A stretch of DNA of 64,000 bases from Bacteroidia bacterium (lineage in GTDB: Bacteria > Bacteroidota > Bacteroidia > M30B66), in NCBI GenBank assembly GCA_965279035.1, contig OZ257142.1:2976001-3040000 (forward strand), given 5' to 3'. Each line of letters opens with the position of its first letter. The stretch's first letter is position 1. The notes beneath the pieces were generated by a model. That model did no database searches and had not been told where the DNA came from. It worked only from the letters and a program-made list of their open reading frames with translations. Shown here piece by piece: positions 8,656-17,164 of this stretch. A program made the position numbers and the translations under genes.

Positions 8656-9678
8656 TTAAGATGTTTGAAATTTTGATTTTTGAGAGCGGGCAAAACGAAC
8701 AAGTAAAATTAAAACGGGCACTTCGATAAGAGGACCGATAACGGCGGCAAATGCAGCACCTGATGATAATCCGAAAACGGCAATGGCAACTGCAATTCCT
8801 AATTCGAAATTATTTCCAGAAGATGTGAATGCAATGGTAACTGCTTCGGAATACTGAGCACCGGTTTTACGAGCAAGATAAAAAGCTAAGAAAAATATGA
8901 TTCCAAAAAAGATGCTTAATGGAATGGCAATTCGGATAACATCAAGTGGAAGATTGATGAGTGTTTGTCCTTTAAGACTGAACATGAGCACAATAGTAAA
9001 TAATAATGCAATGAGTGTTATTGGGCTAATGCGGGGAAGAAAAACGTTTGAATACCAGCTTTTTCCTTTCATTGGAATTAAACAAGTGCGCAATAAAATG
9101 CCGATAATAAATGGAATGCCTAAATAAATAAAAACAGTTCCTGCAATTTCGCTCATGGGTATATCGACCACAATGCCTGTAAAACCAAATAATTCGGGCA
9201 GGAACGTTATAAAAAACCAAGCATAAATAGAATAAAACACAACTTGAAAAATGCTATTAAATGCAACAAGTGCGGCCACATAATCGCGATCACCACCAGC
9301 CAAATCATTCCAAACAATAACCATTGCAATGCAAGGTGCAATTCCAATTAGCATAAGTCCAACCGTATATTCAACTTCATTTGGCAAAAAAATACGAGCC
9401 AATAAAAACATAAGAAGCGGTGAAAGAACCCAATTGAAAAGAAAAACAATTCCAAATAATTTTATATTTCGAAATAGTACAGGTATTCGGCTGTAATTGA
9501 CTTTTGCTAATGGAGGAATCATCATCAGAATGAGTCCTATAGCAAGTGGAATATTGGTACTGCCCTGCCCCATTTGATTAATGAAATTGGGTAAACTAGG
9601 AAAGACTAAGCTTAAAACAATTCCAGCTGTCATTGCTAGAAAAATCCAAAGTGTTAAAAAGCGATCAAGGAAAGACAT
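8656..9678 (-). CDS. acr3: ACR3-family arsenite efflux transporter
   Basis: SFLDRFLTLWIFLAM, PLAIGLILMMIPPLAKV, APCIAMVIVW, SGNNFELGIAVA, GPLIEVP. ATG 9678 preferred over TTG 9693, which falls inside the repeat. Confidence 0.95.
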   Translation of the reverse strand: MSFLDRFLTLWIFLAMTAGIVLSLVFPSLPNFINQMGQGSTNIPLAIGLILMMIPPLAKVNYSRIPVLFRNIKLFGIVFLFNWVLSPLLMFLLARIFLPNEVEYTVGLMLIGIAPCIAMVIVWNDLAGGDRDYVAALVAFNSIFQVVFYSIYAWFFITFLPELFGFTGIVVDIPMSEIAGTVFIYLGIPFIIGILLRTCLIPMKGKSWYSNVFLPRISPITLIALLFTIVLMFSLKGQTLINLPLDVIRIAIPLSIFFGIIFFLAFYLARKTGAQYSEAVTIAFTSSGNNFELGIAVAIAVFGLSSGAAFAAVIGPLIEVPVLILLVRFARSQKSKFQTS

Positions 9679-9690
9679 GGGGAGAATTAG

Positions 9691-9737
9691 CAATTACGAA
9701 TGATCAATTACGAATTAAGAATGATCAATTACGAATG
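9691..9737. repeat. AATTACG heptamer-phased tandem repeat
   Basis: AATTACG at 9692, 9706 and 9727. The 23-mer aattacgaatgatcaattacgaa is identical to 8588-8610. Confidence 0.85.
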
Positions 9738-9796
9738 ATTGAATATGTATGAATGAATACACTGCTCAATCTACTTTGTACTTTCTACTAGTTCAA

Positions 9797-9855
9797 GCGT
9801 GAAGGATTGAGCGGAGTTCCTACGACGCGAAAGCCTGACCCGAAGGGGCACGCCC
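9797..9855 (-). repeat. GC-rich structured REP-like intergenic element
   Basis: Minus strand GGGCGTG-CCCCTTCGGGTC-AGGCTTTCGC...TCCGCTCAATCCTTCACGC; terminal GCGTG/CACGC pairing and a C(UUCG)G loop. Confidence 0.5.
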
Positions 9856-9860
9856 TCATT

Positions 9861-10706
9861 TTAACAACAGCCCGAATTGGGTGCGCAACACGGTTCTTTT
9901 CCTGGTTTTTCACCATACACTGTTATGCTATAAATCACATCACCTTGAGCACGGAAATTAGCTAGTTCGGAATCGTTTAAATAGTTATTTAAAATATCGT
10001 CAGGAACAATGATTGGTTTTTGCTTCTGAATGCTCACATTCTGAAAACCAGCGCGGAAAATTGAACCCATATAGGTATCAATTTGCAATGCCCCTGAAAC
10101 ACATCCTGCATACATTTCGGCTGCTTGACGAATATGCTCAGGCAAAGTTCCTGTGAGAACAATATCTGAAATACTAAAATGTCCACCTGGCTTGAGAACA
10201 CGCATGATTTCTGAGAAAACTGCAGCTTTATCGGGTACAAGATTTAGTACACAATTACTCACAACAACATCCGCCACATTCGAAGTAAGAGGTAGTTTTT
10301 CGATATCGCCTTGACGAAATTCTACATTTGAAAATCCTCGTACTTCTGCATTTTGACGAGCTTTTGTGATCATTTCGGGTGTGAAATCAATACCAATTAC
10401 ATGTCCTGTTTCGCCTGCTTCGGCACGAGCGATAAAACAATCGTTCCCCGCTCCAGATCCTAAATCGATGACCGTATTTCCAGTTTTGATCTTGGCAAAT
10501 TGAGTTGGTAAACCGCAACCTAATCCTAAATCGGCATCGGGATGATAGCCTTCCAGTTGGGAATAATCATCGCTCATGATCGTATACACTTCTTGCGAAA
10601 CAGGTCCGCTTCCACAACAGGATGCGGCATTGTCTGATTTATCCTGTAAGGCGATGGTTGCGTATTTTTCGCGTACGGTATTTTTTATTTCTTCGGAGGT
10701 TTTCAT
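9861..10706 (-). CDS. arsM: Arsenite S-adenosylmethionine methyltransferase
   Basis: SCC, LGLGCGLP, IDLGSGAGND, VSNCVLNL, YAGCVSGA, C-terminal CC pairs; ars context. Confidence 0.95.
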   Translation of the reverse strand: MKTSEEIKNTVREKYATIALQDKSDNAASCCGSGPVSQEVYTIMSDDYSQLEGYHPDADLGLGCGLPTQFAKIKTGNTVIDLGSGAGNDCFIARAEAGETGHVIGIDFTPEMITKARQNAEVRGFSNVEFRQGDIEKLPLTSNVADVVVSNCVLNLVPDKAAVFSEIMRVLKPGGHFSISDIVLTGTLPEHIRQAAEMYAGCVSGALQIDTYMGSIFRAGFQNVSIQKQKPIIVPDDILNNYLNDSELANFRAQGDVIYSITVYGEKPGKEPCCAPNSGCC

Positions 10707-10746
10707 GGTTAGATATTTTAATTTAGGAATGTTGATTTGTTGATGT

Positions 10747-10929
10747 TTGAGTCTCAGGACTGAAGTCTGGTTGTGTATGAGTGATGATTTATTTGTTATT
10801 TGAGTCTCAGGACTGAAGTCCTGAGTTGCTGGGGGTATGAAGATTCATTTAGTTGATTCGAGATTTCTATGTCTTCGGTATGTGGTCTAGTGTTGTTGAG
10901 TCTCAGGACTGAAGTCCTGAGTTGCTGGG
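10747..10929. repeat. Three REP-like palindromes CTCAGGAC-TGAA-GTCCTGAG
   Basis: Truncated copy at 10747-10767; identical 34-bp copies ttgagtctcaggactgaagtcctgagttgctggg at 10800-10833 and 10896-10929. Confidence 0.88.
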
Positions 10930-10973
10930 AATAAAGATGTATTCATTTAGAAGATTTTAGATTCTAGGCATAA

Positions 10974-11309
10974 CTAACAACACGTTGAATTCATTGGTTT
11001 ATCTAAATCAATATGAAAGGTTTGAAATGCCTGTAGCATTTTATTCCAGTTTTCGCGATGGATACAATAGCAAGATTTTACACCTGAAACAGTGCCTTTG
11101 ATGAGTCCTGCTTTTTTTAAAGCAAGAAGATGTTGAGATACTGTTGCTTGAGCTAAGGGTAAACCTTCCACAATCTCACCACAGATACAAGTATCTCGTT
11201 CTGAAAGAATCTGTAAAATAGCCAAGCGTGCAGGATGAGCAATTGCTCTTGCAAACTCAGCCATTTCAACAAGTTCAGACGAAAATTCAGCTTTTCTATT
11301 GAGTGCCAT
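10974..11309 (-). CDS. arsR: ArsR/SmtB metalloregulator
   Basis: AIAHPARLAIL, CICGEIV, LAQATVSQHL, C-terminal CC. ATG 11309 preferred (ORF track starts at 11348). Confidence 0.92.
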   Translation of the reverse strand: MALNRKAEFSSELVEMAEFARAIAHPARLAILQILSERDTCICGEIVEGLPLAQATVSQHLLALKKAGLIKGTVSGVKSCYCIHRENWNKMLQAFQTFHIDLDKPMNSTCC

Positions 11310-11349
11310 AATGCAGTTTGTAGGACAAAGTAAAAACATATTTATCATA

Positions 11350-11367
11350 TATCGTAGATTTACGATA
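11350..11367. promoter_or_regulatory. Probable ArsR operator
   Basis: Perfect inverted repeat TATCGTA-GATT-TACGATA about 40 bp upstream of arsR. Confidence 0.7.
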
Positions 11368-11462
11368 AATAAATTTTAGTGCATTCAGGTTGTTAGAATA
11401 AAAACGTGTTAGACTAAGGTGTAGAAATGACAATTTCGTATACTTGAAACTTAGAACTGAGT

Positions 11463-14165
11463 ATGAAAAAAATCTACCACTTTCCTTTAATAATTAGCAT
11501 TTTTCTTCTTTTTCCCCTGGTTGTGAGTAGTCAATCCGATACTGAATTTTGGTTTGCAGCACCAGAAGTTTCTATCACACATGGCGATAATCCAATCTAT
11601 TTACGGATGAGTGCTCAAAGTCAGGATGCGAATGTACTTATTAGTATTCCCGCCAATCCTGCCTTTGCTCCAATAGGAATCACCATTCCAGCTGATAGTT
11701 CATGGACATTGGATCTAACAGCCTACAAAGCATTGCTCGAGAATATTCCAGCCAATACGGTATTGCCTCGAGGATTGTATGTACACTCAAACAAACCTAT
11801 CACAGTTTATTACGAAGTCAGTGCGCCCAATAATCCAGACATTTTCCCGCTTAAAGGAAGAAATGCACTAGGCACTCACTTTTACACCCCTTTTCAGAAT
11901 ATTTTCGATAATGGAGCATTCTCCGTTCAGCCTTATTCCAGTTTTGACATTGTAGCAACCGAAGACAATACAACTGTTACGATTACGCCAAGTATTGCAA
12001 TTAATAGTCATCCTGCAGGTGTTCCATTTACTATTACCTTAAACCGAGGAGAAACCTATTCGTGTTTAGCAGCTGGAACTTTGGCAGCAAATCACCCAGC
12101 AGGTTCGGAAATCAGTTCTAATCGTCCCATTTGTGTGACTATAAAGGATGATTCTATGTCCAACGACACTTGCCGCGATTTATGGGGTGATCAGATTATT
12201 CCCGTTGAATTAGTTGGCTTGCAATACATTGTGATGCGTGGTTTTTTACTAACCGATGAATATGCATTTGTTCTTGCTACAGAAGATGCTACCGATATTT
12301 TTGTTGCTGGAAATTCAACTCCTGTTGCCACCATTAATACTGGCGAGCAATACATGTATACGATACCTTTAGGACAATCAACAACATTTATTGAAACTAG
12401 CAAACCTGCCTATGTCTTGCATATTTCAGGGTATGGATGTGAAGTTGGAGGAGCTGTCCTTCCTCCTATTCAATGTACAGGTTCTGATGCTGTTTATTTT
12501 ACTCGTGCAACCGGCGATTTATTTGGATTGAACATCATGACACGAAGCGGTTCTCAAGGGAATTTCTTGTTGAATGGAAATAGTACATTGGTTCCGGCTT
12601 CAGCATTTCAACCTGTTGCAGGTACATCAAATGCTTGGGTTGCAGCACAAATTAGTTTCACAACGAGTCAAGTTCCAGTTGGTGAAACGAGTGTACTTAT
12701 TAATACATCAACTACGTCTAATTTATTTCATTTAGGAATGATTGATGGCGGTTCTTCGACTGGTTGTCGCTATGGTTATTTTTCTGATTTCAGCACTGCA
12801 AACCTTGGTGGCAATCGTTTGGTATGTTTGGGCGATACACTTCGTTTAGATGCTGGTGCAAACATGGATTCTTACCAATGGAACACGGGTGCAAATACAC
12901 AAGAAATCACTGTTTTTCTTCAAGGACAGTATTCTGTAACAACCACTTACAATGGCTGTACATCAACCGATACGATTATAGTTGCAAAAGACACAACTCA
13001 TATTCAATTTGATAATGAACACATAGTCGTGTGCGGTTCAAATGATGTTTTTTTAAATGCACATTCAGGCTTTATTACCTACGAATGGATGGATTTGAGC
13101 AGCAATAATGATTCTTTATACTATGTAAATACCGAGGGAGATTATTGGGTAGAAGTGATGTCGCTTGGTGGATGTTATTCAAGGGATACATTAGGAGTTG
13201 AATTTGGCGTTGTTCCTCCAATGCTTACTGTTCAAGCTACTACTCCTATTTGTGAGGGCGAAGATTTAACGTTGACTGCTACAGGTGCCACCTATCCTGT
13301 TACTTGGGATGGTATTAACTTCTTTCATGCTGATGGCGCAGTTCAAACTATTCCAAACGCCTCTTTATTAGCCGATGGTTTTTACAATGCATATCAGGAC
13401 AATGGACAATGTAAAAGTCCGCTCGCTTTTGTTGAAGTGAATATCATCCCATTACCCAATCAAGTCATTTTAGGTGATACAATTTTATGTGAAGGAGAAA
13501 ACACACTTTTGAGCATTGGTAATGGTCCTTTTGATGATTTTACTTGGTCAACTTCGGATACAGTTGCAAGTATTACCGCTTTGCCAGGAACTTATAGCAT
13601 ATCTGCAACAAAAGATGGTTGTAGTAGAACCGTTTCAGCAACAGTACATTTGGCTGAGCCGATTGCCAATTTTATAACAGCACCTAATTATTACGTTTTC
13701 CTTGGAAATGAATTTCAGTTTAGCGATTCCTCGATTGTTTCTCCCTATTCTCAAAATGTAATTTTCAATTGGGATTTCGAAGATGGCGATTTTGGATCAG
13801 GGACAACGATCAATCATTTATACGCTGATACCGGAACATATTCTGTTATGTTAGTAGTAACAAATCAAGAAGGATGTATTGATACTACCTATGAGACGGT
13901 TTTGGTTGTGAAAGATGTTGTTGTGCCGAATGCATTTTCACCAAATGGTGATGGAATTAATGATGTGTTTAAGATTGCGAACCTCAATTTATTTGAGAAT
14001 TCCAAACTCCTGATTTTCAATCGCTGGGGAAATGAACTATACAGCAGTGATAATTATAAAAACAATTGGGATGGAGGCGATGCACCAGCTGGAACCTATT
14101 TTTATATTTTGGATATAGGCAAAGGAGTTGCGCCATTAAAGGGTACTATGTTGATGGCGAAATAA
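11463..14165 (+). CDS. T9SS type B CTD surface protein (IgGFc-binding-like N-domain, Ig-like repeats, PKD)
   Basis: Signal peptide; DTEFWFAAP..IVATEDNTTV..YGYFSDF; PKD WDFEDG; C-terminal VPNAFSPNGDGINDVF..IFNRWG..NNWDG..GTYFY. Confidence 0.9.
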   Translation: MKKIYHFPLIISIFLLFPLVVSSQSDTEFWFAAPEVSITHGDNPIYLRMSAQSQDANVLISIPANPAFAPIGITIPADSSWTLDLTAYKALLENIPANTVLPRGLYVHSNKPITVYYEVSAPNNPDIFPLKGRNALGTHFYTPFQNIFDNGAFSVQPYSSFDIVATEDNTTVTITPSIAINSHPAGVPFTITLNRGETYSCLAAGTLAANHPAGSEISSNRPICVTIKDDSMSNDTCRDLWGDQIIPVELVGLQYIVMRGFLLTDEYAFVLATEDATDIFVAGNSTPVATINTGEQYMYTIPLGQSTTFIETSKPAYVLHISGYGCEVGGAVLPPIQCTGSDAVYFTRATGDLFGLNIMTRSGSQGNFLLNGNSTLVPASAFQPVAGTSNAWVAAQISFTTSQVPVGETSVLINTSTTSNLFHLGMIDGGSSTGCRYGYFSDFSTANLGGNRLVCLGDTLRLDAGANMDSYQWNTGANTQEITVFLQGQYSVTTTYNGCTSTDTIIVAKDTTHIQFDNEHIVVCGSNDVFLNAHSGFITYEWMDLSSNNDSLYYVNTEGDYWVEVMSLGGCYSRDTLGVEFGVVPPMLTVQATTPICEGEDLTLTATGATYPVTWDGINFFHADGAVQTIPNASLLADGFYNAYQDNGQCKSPLAFVEVNIIPLPNQVILGDTILCEGENTLLSIGNGPFDDFTWSTSDTVASITALPGTYSISATKDGCSRTVSATVHLAEPIANFITAPNYYVFLGNEFQFSDSSIVSPYSQNVIFNWDFEDGDFGSGTTINHLYADTGTYSVMLVVTNQEGCIDTTYETVLVVKDVVVPNAFSPNGDGINDVFKIANLNLFENSKLLIFNRWGNELYSSDNYKNNWDGGDAPAGTYFYILDIGKGVAPLKGTMLMAK

Positions 14166-14270
14166 ACAAAATGTCATTGTTAACTGTACTGTGAAGATTT
14201 TTTAATAAAACTCTGGTATAAACCAATTGCTCGGTGTATTTTAGGTTTTCCTTAAAATTGAACTACAAGG

Positions 14271-17084
14271 ATGCCTATGCGAATTGTTCTATCCTGTTTG
14301 CTTACTTTCAGTTTAACAATCTTTTCATCACTAACACTTGAAGCTCAGCAGTTGCGAGGCACGATAAGTAGTGCCAAAAATGGTGAAACATTAATTGGAG
14401 CAACAGCTGTCATAAAAGGTACTTCGATTGGAGCAAGTGCAGATATTGATGGGAATTTTGTCATTCAAAATCCGGGAAATCCACCCTTTGTCTTAGTTGT
14501 ATCCTTTGTAGGATTTACGACCAAAGAAATGCAAGTAAATTCCTTAGATCAAAAACTTATCATCAAGTTAAGTCCGAACGAGAAGTTGCTCAAAGAGGTT
14601 GAAATTGTTGATTCTCGTTTAACTGAAAAGCAAAGAGAATCTCCATTAACGGTTGAAGCAATGGATCTCTTAGCCATAAAAGAAACACCTGCTGCCAACT
14701 TTTATGATGGACTTGGAACGCTAAAAGGTGTCGATTTAACGGCAGCTAGTTTGGGTTTTAAGATTATCAATACACGAGGATTCAATAGCACATCGCCCGT
14801 TCGTTCTTTGCAAATTATAGATGGGGTAGATAATCAATCACCTGGATTAAACTTTTCACTTGGGAACTTTTTAGGTTCATCCGAATTGGATGTTCAAAAG
14901 GTGGATATTATCGTTGGAGCAAGTTCGGCCTTTTATGGACCGAATGCTTTCAATGGAGTAATAAGCATGACAACCAAAAACCCTTTTGACTATACTGGAT
15001 TGTCGGTTCAGACGAAAGTGGGTGAACGGAATTTATATGAAACGGCCATTCGGTATGCGGAAAAATTTCAGAATAAAAAGGGAGAAGATAAGTTTGCTTT
15101 TAAGCTCAATATGTCGTTCATGCGTGCTTATGATTGGGTAGCTGATAATATGGATGCGACGGATCAATCGGTTGGAAAAGTTGGGAATCCGGGAGGTTAT
15201 GATGCTGTTAATCGGTACGGTGATGAAGAATTGGGTGGCTATCGGAACAATTATGCTTCAAGCTCACTTTTAAAATCAACCTATTCGGGTTTAGGAACAA
15301 TTTATCGAACAGGATATAATGAAAAAGATTTGGTGGATTATAATACACGAAACATCAAGCTCAATGCGGCATTTCACTATCGTTTGAAGCCGGATGTAGA
15401 ATTGATTTTGAGTAGTAATTTCGGAACAGGAACTACAATCTATCAAGGAGAGAATCGCTTCAGTTTGAAGAATATTTTATTCTTTCAACAGCGGTTTGAG
15501 ATAACTAAAAAAGATAAATTTTTCCTTCGTGTTTATGCTACAAACGAGGATGCTGGAGATTCGTTCGACGCTGTTGTATCAGCATTTGAGATGCAAAATC
15601 TTTCAAAGTCGAATAATCAGTGGAAACAAGATTATCAAAATGGATGGACAGCAGGTGGATTTAATGCACCCCGATTTATTGTGAAAGGATTTGATGGTTA
15701 TCCAACACCATTTAATGAATCGAAATATGATTCGGTAATGGCAGCAAATTATGATCGTTTAGTTGTTTTGCATGATTCGGTGAGAGCAAAAACGGATAGA
15801 GGGAATGGTGTTTCGTCGATCAATTTTTTCAAACCGGGAACTGCACGTTTTGATTCTGCCTTTGCTGCTGTAAAATCAAGAACATTAGCGAATAAAGGTT
15901 CATTATTAAAAGATAAATCGGCACTGTATCATGCCCATGCTGAATACAAATTCAATTTTGGGAAATTTAGTCGTTTGGTTGTTGGCTCCAATGTGAGAAT
16001 GTATCGTCCAAATTCAAATGGAACTATTTTCAGTGATACACTCATTATAGATAAAATTTCGGGTGCAGATACAACGTATAAAAGACGTGTTATTGTTAAC
16101 AAGGAGTTTGGTGCTTATGCTGGTTTTCAACGAAAATTATTGGCCGAACGTTTAAGTTTGAATGCCACCTTGCGTGTTGATAAGAATCAAAATTTCAATT
16201 GGATTTCCACTCAGAGTTTTTCGGGAATTTATACTCACAATAACAACCATACTTTCCGTGCGGTTTATTCATCAGCAGTAAGAAACCCCACATTAGCTGA
16301 TCAGTATTTATATTATAACGTAGGTCGAGCCATTCTTTTAGGAAACATTACAGGGAAAGATTCTTTGATTGAAATTAATTCATTCTTTAATTACCTCAAT
16401 ACGTTGAATCCAAAAGAACTGAGATACTTTAATGTGGATCCAATTCGTCCCGAAAAAGTGCAAACCGTAGAATTCGGTTATCGAAGTACTTTATTCAAAC
16501 GACTTTTTGTGGATGCAAGTTATTACTACTCACAATACCGCGATTTTATTGGTTATAAAATTGGCTTGGATGTAAAATTCACAGGAAGTGTTCCTCAAAT
16601 TCAAGCTTATCGACTTGCTGCCAATACCAAAGATTTAGTCTATACACAAGGACTTTCGCTTGGATTAAATTATTACCTGTTTAATAAACTCGAACTTTCG
16701 GGTAATTATTCTTACAATTTCCTCAGTCGTCCCAATATCACCGATGAAATTATCACGGCATTCAACACTCCCTACAATAAATTCAATCTAGGATTAAGTG
16801 GAAGGAAAATCAAACTTCCTTGGATTAAGGGAGAACGCTTTTCTTTTAACACGAATTACAAATGGGTTCAAGGATTCCGATTTGAAGGATCTCCACAATT
16901 TACTGGATCAATTCCTTCGTATGGAATGCTCGACGGACAAATTAGTTATGCTGTTGAAAAATGGAGGAGCGTATTTAAATTGGGTGCATCTAACTTGTTA
17001 AATAACAAAGTTTCGATGGTTTATGGTGGCCCGAAAGTAGGTCGTTTGGCTTATTTCTCAGTGCTTGTAGACCTTAGTAACTAA
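14271..17084 (+). CDS. TonB-dependent receptor with N-terminal carboxypeptidase-regulatory-like domain
   Basis: GETLIGATAVIKGT..ADIDGNF; plug INTRGF..IDGVDN..GASSAFYGPNAFNGVI; barrel end GASNLLN. Confidence 0.92.
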   Translation: MPMRIVLSCLLTFSLTIFSSLTLEAQQLRGTISSAKNGETLIGATAVIKGTSIGASADIDGNFVIQNPGNPPFVLVVSFVGFTTKEMQVNSLDQKLIIKLSPNEKLLKEVEIVDSRLTEKQRESPLTVEAMDLLAIKETPAANFYDGLGTLKGVDLTAASLGFKIINTRGFNSTSPVRSLQIIDGVDNQSPGLNFSLGNFLGSSELDVQKVDIIVGASSAFYGPNAFNGVISMTTKNPFDYTGLSVQTKVGERNLYETAIRYAEKFQNKKGEDKFAFKLNMSFMRAYDWVADNMDATDQSVGKVGNPGGYDAVNRYGDEELGGYRNNYASSSLLKSTYSGLGTIYRTGYNEKDLVDYNTRNIKLNAAFHYRLKPDVELILSSNFGTGTTIYQGENRFSLKNILFFQQRFEITKKDKFFLRVYATNEDAGDSFDAVVSAFEMQNLSKSNNQWKQDYQNGWTAGGFNAPRFIVKGFDGYPTPFNESKYDSVMAANYDRLVVLHDSVRAKTDRGNGVSSINFFKPGTARFDSAFAAVKSRTLANKGSLLKDKSALYHAHAEYKFNFGKFSRLVVGSNVRMYRPNSNGTIFSDTLIIDKISGADTTYKRRVIVNKEFGAYAGFQRKLLAERLSLNATLRVDKNQNFNWISTQSFSGIYTHNNNHTFRAVYSSAVRNPTLADQYLYYNVGRAILLGNITGKDSLIEINSFFNYLNTLNPKELRYFNVDPIRPEKVQTVEFGYRSTLFKRLFVDASYYYSQYRDFIGYKIGLDVKFTGSVPQIQAYRLAANTKDLVYTQGLSLGLNYYLFNKLELSGNYSYNFLSRPNITDEIITAFNTPYNKFNLGLSGRKIKLPWIKGERFSFNTNYKWVQGFRFEGSPQFTGSIPSYGMLDGQISYAVEKWRSVFKLGASNLLNNKVSMVYGGPKVGRLAYFSVLVDLSN

Positions 17085-17164
17085 ATTGTATGTTATTCCA
17101 TTGAACACTTGCAAAAGTCGAAATCTTCATCAACTTTGTACATTGCACATTAAACCCCTTAATC

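Noticed and set aside
10747-10929. Mini-CRISPR array
   Set aside because: Only two full repeats, unequal periods (53 and 96 bp), intervening sequences similar to each other, and no cas genes in the window; a REP-like cluster fits better.
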